Made by a program: the position numbers and the translations under genes. Under the pieces are notes generated by a model. The model searched no databases. It was not told the DNA's origin and saw only the letters and a program-made list of their open reading frames with translations. Shown piece by piece: positions 29,901-39,074 of a stretch of 64,000 nucleotides of DNA. Positions within the stretch are counted from its first letter, which is position 1, and every line of letters starts with the position of its first letter. Source of the DNA: an uncultured virus (IMG/VR IMGVR_UViG_3300025697_003303). Lineage: Duplodnaviria > Heunggongvirae > Uroviricota > Caudoviricetes. The stretch lies in IMG/VR virus record IMGVR_UViG_3300025697_003303. One strand, written 5' to 3'.

Positions 29901-31160
29901 CCGTTCCCAGAGCAGGTCGAAACCCTCTCCATCTTCACTTAACGGTGGAGGACCATAACAAACTTTTAGACATCTCAACAAAACACTAGAATACGCCGAA
30001 CCCCGGCCAGGAGCCATGAAAATATCATTCTTTCTTGCAAAATTAGCTATGTCCCAGACAATTAAAAAGTAAGTAGCAAAATCATAATTATTATTATCTT
30101 TTGCTACTTGAATATCTGCTAATTCTTTTTCAAGAGCTTCTACATATACAGTTTTTTTATCCCAACCAAGATCTTTCATCCCTTTTTCTGCCAAATCTTT
30201 GAGAAATTCCATAGGACTATTAAATCCATCTGGAGTCTCAAACTCCGGCAACCTCATCCTCTTAACAAAAAGATTATCCTTAATATCTTGATGATCAACC
30301 ATGTTAGCAACAGCAACTGTATTCGTAATGCAATTAGGATTATCTTTAAATAACTGATACATTTCATCAGCAGACTTCATATAAAATTCTGCATATACTT
30401 GTCGCAGTCTCTTAGGATTAGACAAACACGTTCTTGTTGACATACAAGTAAGTACTTCCTGAGATAAAGCTTGATCTTGAGTCACATAATGGCAGTCGTT
30501 TGTTGCTATTACTGGAATATCTAATTCTTTACTCAGTTTAAATATTTCTGGGATTATTTTCAATTCGGCTGGGATCCCATGATACATAACTTCAAGAAAA
30601 AATCTGTCTCCAAAAATATCCTTAAACATCATTGCCACTTTTTTAGCAGCATCATATCTATCATATAATAAATTCTGGTTAACGATCCCTTTCAAGCATG
30701 CAGTCGAACAAATTAGTCCTTCAGAATGTTTAGCAAGTAGATCAAAATCTATTCTTGGAGAAAAATAAAAGCCTTCTGTATAAGCAAAATTAGAAAGAGA
30801 ACATAAATTCTGATATCCTTTCCAATTCTGAGCAATTAAAACCAGATGAAAATTACCGCCTTGTCCTGACGGTTGGGTCTCTGAGCTTTTATTGAACCTA
30901 CTCGCAGACATGTAGAACTCACAGCCAAGTAGAGGCTTGATGGTATCGTATGGAATGTCGTTACCATCTTCATCTTTAGTTGCTTCGCATAATTTGATGA
31001 ATTTTATTAGTCCACCAACATTTCCGTGATCTGTCAAAGCTAAAGCAGGGAACCCAAACTTCCTTGCAGTCATGACAAGACTCTTAACACTTGCGAGTCC
31101 GTCAAATGCAGATAGGTCGCTGTGACAATGTGTGTGAACGAAACTTTTATTACTTATCAT
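26958..31160 (-). CDS. dnaE: DNA polymerase III alpha subunit with one intein
   Basis: PHP HTHCHS, ALTDHG, PGRGS, FPDIDSDF, HPAGIVI, ALYRPGPM, YGFNMAHS, YLKANY; ends SMDLFG. Confidence 0.96.
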   Translation of the reverse strand: MISNKSFVHTHCHSDLSAFDGLASVKSLVMTARKFGFPALALTDHGNVGGLIKFIKLCEATKDEDGNDIPYDTIKPLLGCEFYMSASRFNKSSETQPSGQGGNFHLVLIAQNWKGYQNLCSLSNFAYTEGFYFSPRIDFDLLAKHSEGLICSTACLKGIVNQNLLYDRYDAAKKVAMMFKDIFGDRFFLEVMYHGIPAELKIIPEIFKLSKELDIPVIATNDCHYVTQDQALSQEVLTCMSTRTCLSNPKRLRQVYAEFYMKSADEMYQLFKDNPNCITNTVAVANMVDHQDIKDNLFVKRMRLPEFETPDGFNSPMEFLKDLAEKGMKDLGWDKKTVYVEALEKELADIQVAKDNNNYDFATYFLIVWDIANFARKNDIFMAPGRGSAYSSVLLRCLKVCYGPPPLSEDGEGFDLLWERFLAFKTDEVTGKRVFARPGFPDIDSDFDFFRRGEIYEYIIEKYGRENVENIGTYIGLKLRMALTRTIKALDIAQAFHKGKQEFVTENMAKVEEILGQLPKAQGIFMKAKDEEGKEVPIKTIEDAIKYCPDFKYYMDKYPDIVTHTKNIQGLLSSFSKHPAGIVIADVPVHTLAPVRRSKKEQYASQYDMNDLESMGLIKLDILATSILTVIDRTVKMVKSNYGIDIDVENLNLKDEPTFELYRRGKLKGVFQCENGGMQQTMRDIGVSSFDDVVAAIALYRPGPMGSIPEYCERKKGLSPVSYFHPTIEPFVKPYLEKTHGILCVEENSLVSLFNGSQIPIKSLGVGDKIVSVNESSYKTEKDECIALKKSRFEDGYKVSLKNGYSVILTNDHKVYTWDGWKEVKDIDVDNDLIACPFFSVKSQVSKRNIASWLGRDVDVAYLLGMLTGDAQISTGITLSCGPEKNCDSLIKWLKFKLPKIKTKKFFHTRSWYIIVSCPELANWRKIGCGNRKTKLHYFLENMRLKTVGKNKCVPDIILKSSLKVQASYLAGLIDSDGCIFNNKKNEITCNVTSTSDKILSGVKRLCLNLGIFTYTTKLRVHFYNTDRLSKFISPYLVIKKIEGITTRGLMVGRIPKDYIKQKIAESGMSVRGFCTRYAINRSNIVHKRKIITNKGIGSFNVNLGDLRFYEIKSIENVGPKQFYSVSIKKNHNFLANGIVVSNCYQEQVMQICNSLAGISVTDGYILIKGIGKKKEHLISQYKVQFVSGCVSNGVPENVAEQYWDTFIIPFASYGFNMAHSSAYGFTSWISAYLKANYTAEFMICSLDVANEDKKHDKIIDLERDLKKMNIHLADRDLNNCDVNYRIVRKEDKANGIDQTVVSPSIMVKGVGLPTAQNIANNKPYESLKDLASKTDFKLVNKDTIASLAESDFFSKMIKDHYKATGKRLSKGKLVAQFMVIRNDLKKAAKKGVESMDLFG
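27732..28931 (-). mobile_element. DnaE intein (400 aa) with in-frame LAGLIDADG endonuclease
   Basis: GIL|CVEENSLV...LT.DH...YLLGMLTGDA...YLAGLIDSDG...NFLANGIVVSN|CYQEQ; removal restores GILCYQEQ. Confidence 0.93.
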
Positions 31161-31220
31161 TGTTTATGTAAATCCTTTAGTTGGCTTCACTTATATAAAT
31201 ACTTATTATTTATCATGCTT

Positions 31221-31568
31221 TTATTCACTTAAATCTAAAAAGTCATATGAGGTTACTTCTGACTTACTTGATAGTATACCAAATCTGTCAGTCACAATTT
31301 CAATAAATTTTATTCTATCTATTTTAATTGTTGTTTTTGTTATATATTTGCCTGCGAATATCTTTATATTTACATTATCCCCTTCGACAGAACCTACGCG
31401 AACTTTTTTCCATGTCGTTGTGATGTCAGCGTCAGGCTGCTGATATTCTAAAGAAATGTCAATATATGAAGAACATATATTTTCGAGCAACTTTCTAATT
31501 AACTCTACGTCTTCAATTTCTTCATCTCTTATAACTTGATGTACAATCTGTGTCTTCTTAAATCTCAT
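31221..31568 (-). CDS. Hypothetical protein
   Basis: ATG overlaps upstream TGA; ends YDFLDLSE. Confidence 0.7.
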   Translation of the reverse strand: MRFKKTQIVHQVIRDEEIEDVELIRKLLENICSSYIDISLEYQQPDADITTTWKKVRVGSVEGDNVNIKIFAGKYITKTTIKIDRIKFIEIVTDRFGILSSKSEVTSYDFLDLSE

Positions 31569-31837
31569 CAATAATGTTTATTGGGATTATAAAATTCACG
31601 ATGACCGTCCCTGTACTTTACATATTTCGGGTTCCTTTTTCTATATATGTCTGGGTCCATCTCAAAACCTTCTCGTTCTTTTGCAGCAAGACCGCAATAG
31701 CCTTTGCCTTCAGCTTTCATATATCTCTCACACCAAACTCCGTCAGGAGCTTTGTATTTCTTTTTACTATCCTTCATAGGACGCATAATTTCGAAAACTT
31801 CTTCTGTCTTTGGATGTAGATAGCAATAGATGGGAAT
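31568..31837 (-). CDS. FmdB-like small protein, probable ATT start
   Basis: AAGGA-7nt-ATT CCC ATC TAT TGC TAT gives (M)PIYCYLHPKTEEVFEIMRPM, the typical MPIYxY N-terminus. Confidence 0.6.
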   Translation of the reverse strand: MPIYCYLHPKTEEVFEIMRPMKDSKKKYKAPDGVWCERYMKAEGKGYCGLAAKEREGFEMDPDIYRKRNPKYVKYRDGHREFYNPNKHY

Positions 31838-31849
31838 GGTATTATCCTT

Positions 31850-32008
31850 TCAATCTTCTTTTAAGTTAAGAAACGCGAATGGACCTTGAATTACATCTTT
31901 TTTCATTTCTATTTTTTTGCGTTTCTTTGGTTTTTTTTCGCAATTATGTAATTCGTTTAAAACGTTAGGCATAATATTTATCTCATATTGCACTGTACAG
32001 CTTTCCAT
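31850..32008 (-). CDS. Small hypothetical protein (52 aa)
   Basis: Manual translation MESCTVQY...QGPFAFLNLKED fills the gap. Confidence 0.5.
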   Translation of the reverse strand: MESCTVQYEINIMPNVLNELHNCEKKPKKRKKIEMKKDVIQGPFAFLNLKED

Positions 32009-32035
32009 AGTAGTTACGTACTGAGGTTGCTCATC

Positions 32036-32191
32036 TTAAAAAGATGTAATATTCATGTGATCCTGATTCGTTTGTATATTAGTTACGGCTACAGACCCTA
32101 GAATTTCCCCATGCTTAGGATTAAACGATAAAAACCCATCTTCATCTACATAAGCCATTCGAGCGTAACAAAGTTTCGTTAAATCAGTCAT
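32036..32191 (-). CDS. Small hypothetical protein (51 aa)
   Basis: Manual translation MTDLTKLCYARMAYVDEDG...; start overlaps upstream gene end. Confidence 0.45.
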   Translation of the reverse strand: MTDLTKLCYARMAYVDEDGFLSFNPKHGEILGSVAVTNIQTNQDHMNITSF

Positions 32192-33002
32192 GACTAAATC
32201 CAAAATCCATCATTCCAAACTTAGAACCACTATTATCTTTGATCTCTACTTCGATATTCTCATTATCAGAATATATACTAATAAGTTTTCTCGCTGATGC
32301 TATAGCTACTTTTTTCGTTGCCTTGAAAAACTCTTTATCCAATTTCTTAAATATCTTCTTTCTAGCTTGATCTGTCTTAATCGCTACTTCATCAATATTA
32401 TAACCATTATTTACAAGAACTTTTCTTACTATTTCTTTTGAATAAGAGACAGTCATGAAGTAAGGAAGAAAATTATATACAATAATTCTATCGTCGCTAT
32501 GTCCTTTACTTCTCAGATACTCAAGAGAATTTCCATATGCAAATTCTTCTTCCATCTGCACGCCTCCTCCCCTGTTGTCATGCATAGAAACATAATGAAG
32601 AAGCTCATGAACGATCACTTCATCATCAGTAATTTTAGCAGTTATAGTTGACCATGTTTCATCTTTACCGTCAGATGAGAATTCTAATTCTTTGGATATT
32701 ACAACTATCCTAGAAATCTTATCATAACAACCGCCAATCTTTTTCAGTCCTAATCTATCAAGACAAGACTTCTCTACTCGATATACGGTTACATCTTTGA
32801 TTCCTACATTTGGAAAAAGTTTATCTACATAATTATATGATGCTTTATATTGTGATCTTTCAGAGTAGTTAATTCTTTCTGTTTTAGGATGATTTTGAAT
32901 CTTTTTCATCCTTTCTGTTGAAAGTTCGGATTGACCTTGATGAGCTAAATTTATTGCTCTTTTGTAATTTAGTATATCTTTATTAGTCCATCTTCTTCTC
33001 AC
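32184..33002 (-). CDS. Putative zinc metallopeptidase (HExxH)
   Basis: GGCYD, VIVHELLHYV, EEEFAY. Confidence 0.65.
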   Translation of the reverse strand: MRRRWTNKDILNYKRAINLAHQGQSELSTERMKKIQNHPKTERINYSERSQYKASYNYVDKLFPNVGIKDVTVYRVEKSCLDRLGLKKIGGCYDKISRIVVISKELEFSSDGKDETWSTITAKITDDEVIVHELLHYVSMHDNRGGGVQMEEEFAYGNSLEYLRSKGHSDDRIIVYNFLPYFMTVSYSKEIVRKVLVNNGYNIDEVAIKTDQARKKIFKKLDKEFFKATKKVAIASARKLISIYSDNENIEVEIKDNSGSKFGMMDFGFSHD

Positions 33003-33214
33003 GGGAGATATCCTTCACATTGTACTACGGCAGAACATTCGTTTCCTCGAATATATATTCTATGTTTCTTCTGTATACCTACTATACTAATTTTTTGCCA
33101 CTGAACAGGATTACTGCAATCTCTTGACTTGCAATTATTGCAAAGAGGCTCAACAATCCCTTTAGGACCGTATATCATCTTTTGTAACGAAATTGTTTGA
33201 CATTTATATTCCAT
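32999..33214 (-). CDS. Small Cys-rich protein
   Basis: PLCNNCKSRDCSNP, VQCEGY. Confidence 0.6.
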   Translation of the reverse strand: MEYKCQTISLQKMIYGPKGIVEPLCNNCKSRDCSNPVQWQKISIVGIQKKHRIYIRGNECSAVVQCEGYLP

Positions 33215-33219
33215 TTTTT

Positions 33220-33780
33220 TTATTCAGTTTCTTCTTTATGCCTGCTTCTAATCGTCTTTTCTCCGCTCTGTTGTTTATTCGTTGCTGCTTGCCTCTCTAA
33301 AGCCATTTCTTGCGAAGATGGACTGTTCGACGTATTACTCATTTGAGGCGTTTCTGGGGCGACCTGGGACGTTTCTGTGGGCAAATAAGAGACATCCTCT
33401 CCATCGAATGATCCTATTGGATTGCTACTATCAATAATTATCTCTGTAGTCTCTATTTGTTCCTCTTGAGGATCAGGTGAATCTTCTATAACGGGTGGAG
33501 ACAGTTTTGTTTTCCTCATAGCCGCTTCTCTAGGAATAGGAGTATTCAAAGGTGGTTTAGTTTTTTTCTCTCCCTCTATATGTCCTTCAGCACGTAAAAA
33601 ATCTACAACCTCTGCAAACATTTTCGATGGAAAAGATATATAGTCACCTTCGGTTTCAGAGACAGATATAGTCGGACCATATTCTTCTGTATAGTGGTGC
33701 TTAATATAGACTCCATATCCGTCTTTACTTTCTGTCCAATGGAAGTCAACTGTTACTTTCTTTTTATCCGAATTAATCAT
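33220..33780 (-). CDS. Hypothetical protein
   Basis: 186-aa ORF with GAGGAG RBS. Confidence 0.7.
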   Translation of the reverse strand: MINSDKKKVTVDFHWTESKDGYGVYIKHHYTEEYGPTISVSETEGDYISFPSKMFAEVVDFLRAEGHIEGEKKTKPPLNTPIPREAAMRKTKLSPPVIEDSPDPQEEQIETTEIIIDSSNPIGSFDGEDVSYLPTETSQVAPETPQMSNTSNSPSSQEMALERQAATNKQQSGEKTIRSRHKEETE

Positions 33781-33978
33781 TTATTCTCCTCGCACTTTTC
33801 TAGCTACAGAATCGAGTGCTTCTTTTATTACCTTGTTATTTTTTATTCTGTTTTTTTTAACTCTATCTATTTCCCCATCAGCAGGAATGTCTTCTCCGCA
33901 CTTACAGACCTTACCATAAAAATGATCAAATGCAAGTTCGTATTTAGCTCCGCAAGATGGGCAAACTATAATTCTCAT
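33781..33978 (-). CDS. Small zinc-ribbon protein
   Basis: CPSCG...CKCG; ATGA overlap. Confidence 0.65.
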   Translation of the reverse strand: MRIIVCPSCGAKYELAFDHFYGKVCKCGEDIPADGEIDRVKKNRIKNNKVIKEALDSVARKVRGE

Positions 33979-34430
33979 TCTTCGTCCTCATCGTCATCTA
34001 TGTAATCGGAATAATCAATAACTCGCTCCCCATATCTTTCATCAAGGCACTCAGAATCAAGCACACTTGTCTCCCAAAAATGTTTCCAAAAATCTAATCC
34101 ATCTCTAATCAGATCAGGATGAGGTTGAGGACAATTCCAACCATTATCTTGTGCCCAGATAGAAATACATGGAATATCTGAGTTATAAAAAACATCAGCA
34201 ACAGACGATTCATATTCAGCAATAATTATTTTTTTATTGTGATAAAAATGCAAAACAAACATACAAGAATTAGTTGGGAAATCTATTGTTAGATGAGAGC
34301 GAACCATCCATTCAACGCCAACATAAGAATCATCTTCCATTATTTGTTTTACAAGATCGTACTTACCCTCAGTTTCGAGTATAGTATGATCAGTAAAGTT
34401 TAAGCTAAATTCTTGTCCTTCAAATTCCAT
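33975..34430 (-). CDS. Hypothetical acidic protein
   Basis: ORF in coupled operon. Confidence 0.7.
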   Translation of the reverse strand: MEFEGQEFSLNFTDHTILETEGKYDLVKQIMEDDSYVGVEWMVRSHLTIDFPTNSCMFVLHFYHNKKIIIAEYESSVADVFYNSDIPCISIWAQDNGWNCPQPHPDLIRDGLDFWKHFWETSVLDSECLDERYGERVIDYSDYIDDDEDEE

Positions 34431-35280
34431 CAAAAAGATCTTCCTCTTTATCTTCTTTGTCTTTCTTTTTCTTTTCTAATCTTTTAGATCTTGGTATATA
34501 TTCGCTATCAAATAAATCAACGACAGTCTCTATTCTTTCTTTTGCAAAACTACAATAATCTTCGCTAATATCTATGCCAATGTATTTTCTAGCAAGTTTT
34601 TTAGCAACATATGTAGTAGTCCCAGTTCCATTAAACGGATCAAGAACAATATCTCCTCGATACGAAAATAACTTGACTAAACGTTTTACTAACTCCTCGG
34701 GAAAACTTGCAGGATGTCCAGCTATTTTCCTAGTCTCAGGTGAGATAAACCATGTGCTAAGAGTATACTCGCAAAATTCTTCCTTAGTCATATCCGATAA
34801 CTCACTATCACCTTCAAGTTTCCAATCTCCCTTAGAGAAAATAATGATATATTCATGATTTCTTCTTATATTCGGATTGCTACATGAAGCCCAAGAACCA
34901 AAAGCCGTTTGCTTCCCAATTGCGTTTTGTTTAAGCCAACAAATCTCAGTTCGGAATTTCCAACCTATTTCTGTCATAAGATTATAAAGATGAGCATATA
35001 TGCATCGTACATATTCTTGGTCTTTATCGTCTTGTCTATTTGTCATAGCATCTATGTTAATAGCACATCTACCACCATGCTTAGTAACTCTATAGACTTC
35101 AGAAAAGACCTCTTTAAGCCAGACAAGATAATCTGCATAAGGCTGATCGTCCTCAACGGAGTCGTATCTAATTTTTACGTTATAAGGTGGACTACAGTCC
35201 GTCAAAGCAACTATTTCGTCAGGGACATCTTTCAATCCGTCTAATACATCTTTATTTATTATTGTGTTTAATATGTTCAT
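34420..35280 (-). CDS. Orphan DNA methyltransferase, beta class (N4-C/N6-A)
   Basis: SPPYN motif IV before HPASFP and VLDPFNGTGTT motif I; no cognate restriction gene seen. Confidence 0.92.
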   Translation of the reverse strand: MNILNTIINKDVLDGLKDVPDEIVALTDCSPPYNVKIRYDSVEDDQPYADYLVWLKEVFSEVYRVTKHGGRCAINIDAMTNRQDDKDQEYVRCIYAHLYNLMTEIGWKFRTEICWLKQNAIGKQTAFGSWASCSNPNIRRNHEYIIIFSKGDWKLEGDSELSDMTKEEFCEYTLSTWFISPETRKIAGHPASFPEELVKRLVKLFSYRGDIVLDPFNGTGTTTYVAKKLARKYIGIDISEDYCSFAKERIETVVDLFDSEYIPRSKRLEKKKKDKEDKEEDLFDGI

Positions 35281-35281
35281 A

Positions 35282-35938
35282 TCAGATACTTCCATAAGCC
35301 CTAGCACATTCCTGCTTTTCTTTTATTTTTTCATCTTCCCACTTTTTATATCTATATTCAAAAGGACTTAGCCCATCGAGTCTTCTATCAGAAATAAAAT
35401 CATGTAATTCAATCATACCATCTAAATCTTCACTCTTAACTAGATAATCAACTTTTTTATACAGCCTTTCTAAAAAATCAACTTCTTCTTTCTCGTCTCT
35501 TTCAATCTTCTGAGAGTAAAGAAAACCCAGAGAGCTTATATTTAAAGACAACCTTCCTATTTCGCTAGAATTTTCTGAGTCTTCTCCATTTATCTGTTTT
35601 TTTAAAGCTTTAACAAGAAATTCTATTTCGCTAGATTCTGTTATACTAACATCTTTGCCAAGGATAGATATAGATTCTCCCCAAGTAAGATCTTCCATCT
35701 CAGCTTTAAGAGATATTATACATCCAGATCTTTTACACCCAAAACAAAAATAGTTCTCGTTCTCATTTTCTTTATTCGCAGCATATACAATAAAAGATGG
35801 TTTATTATCTTTATGAATAGGACAAACATAAGAAGTTCTATCTCCTAAAGACCTAACTGGTTGAATGCCTTTTGAAGCTAAGTAATCGACTATACTATGT
35901 TTATCTCGGATCAGATGTAAAGACTGCTCTTTTATCAC
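35282..35938 (-). CDS. Stand-alone CHC2 primase zinc-finger protein
   Basis: CPIHKDNKPSF...YFCFGCKRSG, no TOPRIM domain; next to dnaB. Confidence 0.85.
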   Translation of the reverse strand: MIKEQSLHLIRDKHSIVDYLASKGIQPVRSLGDRTSYVCPIHKDNKPSFIVYAANKENENENYFCFGCKRSGCIISLKAEMEDLTWGESISILGKDVSITESSEIEFLVKALKKQINGEDSENSSEIGRLSLNISSLGFLYSQKIERDEKEEVDFLERLYKKVDYLVKSEDLDGMIELHDFISDRRLDGLSPFEYRYKKWEDEKIKEKQECARAYGSI

Positions 35939-37419
35939 TACTGATATCCCTCAAACGGTAGATCTAATTCACTACTATCAAAATCTGCAATCGGATCATC
36001 TATCTTCTCTAAAATATTTTCTTGACTTACTGCTGTGATCCAATCTTTATTATCACCTTCGATCATTCCAATATTTCCTTGTACTTCTAATGATGTTTTT
36101 GTTGAACCATTTGGGAAGATACCAGTTCCATATCTTGTTTTTATAACATAGCAATGTAGTCTCCCATTGTTATTAGGATCTTTCATCTGTCCAAAAATAT
36201 TATCAGCATCAGCAGAATATTCTTGAGAACCTCTCAAGTCTTCAGAATAAAAACTACCTTTAATCGCTCCAGTTTTTCTAAAACGTTTCAAACCTTCTCT
36301 ACCTATCTGAGCACCAGATATAATAGAAAAACCTTTTTCATGAATACCCATTTTAGGTTTGCCCATCTGTCTTAAATCTTTAAGCATTTCACCAATCTGT
36401 AAATCATTTCTCGCATTATTAGATCCAGCTTCTGGGATAAGGTTTGCGATATAGTCAACAACAATAACATCTGGTTTAAAAATATCTATATGAGCTTCTA
36501 TTTCTCTCCTAAGAAAAGATACTGGAATTCTCTCTGCTGTTTCCATGATATAAAACTGGTCATAACTTGCTATATCATCGCAATTCTTTTGTATCTTTTC
36601 CCACTCTTCTTTTGTTAATTGGTCAGGATGCTCTATCTTGTCAAATGGAATTTTGGTTTCCCTAGATACCATTTTTTGAACCCACTTATCTCTAGGCATC
36701 TCTAGAGGAACAATAAGAATTTTTTTATTTTGCGTTTTCCAAATGTTGACAGCTACGTTCATCATCATGCTCGACTTGAATGCCCCAACATCGCCACAGA
36801 ACAAAGTTAACGTCCCAGGAGCGAACCCAACGACCATAGCAGAGTCTATCTCCCTTATATTACACGAAACTATATCTGCGTCTCCTCTTGCAGCCTTATC
36901 TTTCAGACCTTGTATAAACTTGGGATAATAATCGTGTATGTCTTCATAAATTGTTTTTCTTTTTCCTTCATCATCCATCTCCATACGTGACAGAGAAGAT
37001 ATTAGATCTTTAGCCGCAAACAAACCTCCCTTATCTGTTACATTATTCCTATATCTGTCAATATAATTAATTATATTTTTAGTGATATGATGCTCAACTA
37101 TTTTTGATTTTAAGTGATGAAAATCATTTTCGTTGACATTTGCTATATTGAGATTTATTCTATTATATAAAGCCTCTTGAGATATACCATCTAGTTTACT
37201 ATACGGACCATTTTTTAAGATACTAGATAATTGCCTACGTGTCAGTAATACATTTTGGTTATTAGCTATAATTATGGCATTAAGAATTGGACGATGCGTC
37301 TCGTCAAAATATTTAATGTCTGGTCCCTCATTGACCCAAATATCGACAGCCCCTCGATGCTTGAGTAATAAACTTATGAAACTAATTTCATTTTGTATTT
37401 TTTTCTTATTATCTATCAT
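35938..37419 (-). CDS. dnaB: DnaB-like replicative helicase
   Basis: GDVGAFKSS, PLEMP, VIVVDYI, GAQIGR, DLRGSQEYSADAD, KTRYG. Confidence 0.85.
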   Translation of the reverse strand: MIDNKKKIQNEISFISLLLKHRGAVDIWVNEGPDIKYFDETHRPILNAIIIANNQNVLLTRRQLSSILKNGPYSKLDGISQEALYNRINLNIANVNENDFHHLKSKIVEHHITKNIINYIDRYRNNVTDKGGLFAAKDLISSLSRMEMDDEGKRKTIYEDIHDYYPKFIQGLKDKAARGDADIVSCNIREIDSAMVVGFAPGTLTLFCGDVGAFKSSMMMNVAVNIWKTQNKKILIVPLEMPRDKWVQKMVSRETKIPFDKIEHPDQLTKEEWEKIQKNCDDIASYDQFYIMETAERIPVSFLRREIEAHIDIFKPDVIVVDYIANLIPEAGSNNARNDLQIGEMLKDLRQMGKPKMGIHEKGFSIISGAQIGREGLKRFRKTGAIKGSFYSEDLRGSQEYSADADNIFGQMKDPNNNGRLHCYVIKTRYGTGIFPNGSTKTSLEVQGNIGMIEGDNKDWITAVSQENILEKIDDPIADFDSSELDLPFEGYQ

Positions 37420-38226
37420 TTATTCAAATAATTTTATTTTGCATGAACGCTTATCTTTTACTATACTGCTAATGGTTAGACCAAACACATCTTCCCATCG
37501 ATTAGAATTATCTTCTATGTCAAACTTGAAAACAAATATTGTTGGCAATCCCGAATCAAGCCTTTCAGCAAAAAAGGGATCTATTAAAGACGACATATAA
37601 GCTTCTGATCCTCTAGTTAAACCAGAGTCAGAAGGAATATCATCAACAACTAGCCAATCACATGATTCTAAATGAGATATACTGTCATCTTCTTTACGTA
37701 TAAGATGTTTCAATTTGACAAAAGGAATCCAATCATACGTCTCAACTGCTCCACCTGGTTTTACTCTCTGTTTAATTGCTTCTCGCATAATAATAGAAGC
37801 AACAAATGTCTTACCTGTTTGAGATCCATTAAGAGAATATATTAAAACATTCGTACCATATTCCAACCTCTTATCCATAATAGATTTTTTATCAAGATCT
37901 AAATTCTTTTTATCATAACTATTAATTTGTAAATCATCAAGTGTAACGTTTCTCCAACAATACTTAAGTAAAATTGATTTTGCACTACTAACTACTGTTG
38001 GAGATAAGGATGTACCACTATCCGTAAGCCCATTAAAGTCCCATATTGTATATTTATGGTATGGGTGAGGGATAATAGAACATATATAAGCTTTTGTTTC
38101 TGCGGCTACTTTACATATGCATCCGTCTGGGTTAGAGCATTTCGAAATATCATCACCAATACAGTGTTCACATTGACTAGCGAAAATACGTTCTAATCTT
38201 AGTTTTGTTTTTGTTATATCTTTCAA
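37420..38226 (-). CDS. DnaC/IstB-like helicase loader ATPase
   Basis: N-terminal Cys cluster, GSQTGKTF, WLVVDDI, R..SGLPTIF. Confidence 0.7.
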   Translation of the reverse strand: MKDITKTKLRLERIFASQCEHCIGDDISKCSNPDGCICKVAAETKAYICSIIPHPYHKYTIWDFNGLTDSGTSLSPTVVSSAKSILLKYCWRNVTLDDLQINSYDKKNLDLDKKSIMDKRLEYGTNVLIYSLNGSQTGKTFVASIIMREAIKQRVKPGGAVETYDWIPFVKLKHLIRKEDDSISHLESCDWLVVDDIPSDSGLTRGSEAYMSSLIDPFFAERLDSGLPTIFVFKFDIEDNSNRWEDVFGLTISSIVKDKRSCKIKLFE

Positions 38227-38924
38227 TTTTCATCCAGTATGATACCGATTGCATCTTCTTCCTTTTTTACTTTTTGCGGTTTTGGCTTAGGATCTTTATT
38301 CGCAAAAACGAAACCACGCTCATGCGCGAGATCAGTCATGTCTTTGAAGTAATCTGGACGCATTTGTCTCTGAGGAGTAAAAGTTTTAAAAGCATTTACG
38401 ATATCTTTTGTTGTTAGCTCTCTCCTACTATCGGCAAAAGCTTCAAATAGTCCAACATGAATTGCCTTCTCAATTTCCGCTCCACTACAACCGTCAGATG
38501 CTTTGGAAATCCTCTTAAGATCAAAGTTTGCAGGAATCCTCTTGTTTCTTACTATTAAAACAGAAGCTATCTCTACTCTTTCATCTTCATTAGGAAAATC
38601 AACGAAAAAGATTTCATCAAAACGTCTGAAAAACGGAGTAGGAATTTTTTCTATTTCGTTAGCTGTTGCGACAACAAAAACATCTGCCGTTTTTTCTTCC
38701 ATCCAAGTTAAGAACGTTGAAACAACTCTATCTGTAGTTCCACCATCAGTTGAACTGCTAGATTCAGTCCCAGATAAACCCTTATCAATTTCGTCAATCC
38801 AAAGGCAACAATTATGACTTATCATCCCATTTGAAACATAATTGTTAGGGGATTCACAACAAGGATCATAAACATATTCGACTTCATTAACTTCTTCTAT
38901 TCCTACAACTTCTGCTACATTCAT
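38223..38924 (-). CDS. Split-intein C-fragment (38 aa, 38811..38924) plus C-terminal half of AAA+ ATPase (Ycf46-like)
   Basis: AGGAGA RBS; MNVAEVVGIEEV..YVYD..NNYVSNGMISHN|CCLWIDEIDKG (Walker B), FVVATAN, RRFDEIFFVDFP, SGAEIE. Confidence 0.92.
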   Translation of the reverse strand: MNVAEVVGIEEVNEVEYVYDPCCESPNNYVSNGMISHNCCLWIDEIDKGLSGTESSSSTDGGTTDRVVSTFLTWMEEKTADVFVVATANEIEKIPTPFFRRFDEIFFVDFPNEDERVEIASVLIVRNKRIPANFDLKRISKASDGCSGAEIEKAIHVGLFEAFADSRRELTTKDIVNAFKTFTPQRQMRPDYFKDMTDLAHERGFVFANKDPKPKPQKVKKEEDAIGIILDEN

Positions 38925-38933
38925 TATGTTCTC

Positions 38934-39074
38934 CTAGTTTTTGATTTTTCTATTTAAATGTTCGTTCAAATGACATTTTCGACATAACGCTATACCATTA
39001 CCGATATCAAAGAATAAACAATCGCTATATATTTTCTTCTTGTTAAACCCATGTTCTTTAACAAAATCATACAT
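38934..39074 (-). pseudogene. HNH endonuclease C-terminal remnant between the split-intein halves
   Basis: MYDFVKEHGFNKKKIYSDCLFFDIGNGIALCRKCHLNEH...; NGxxLCxxCH motif. Confidence 0.7.

Noticed and set aside
31956..31973. Partial match (GTTAGGCATA) to the predicted guide of omega-RNA copy 1
   Set aside because: Only 10 contiguous nt in AT-rich DNA, and extending it needs a gap. Compatible with chance.
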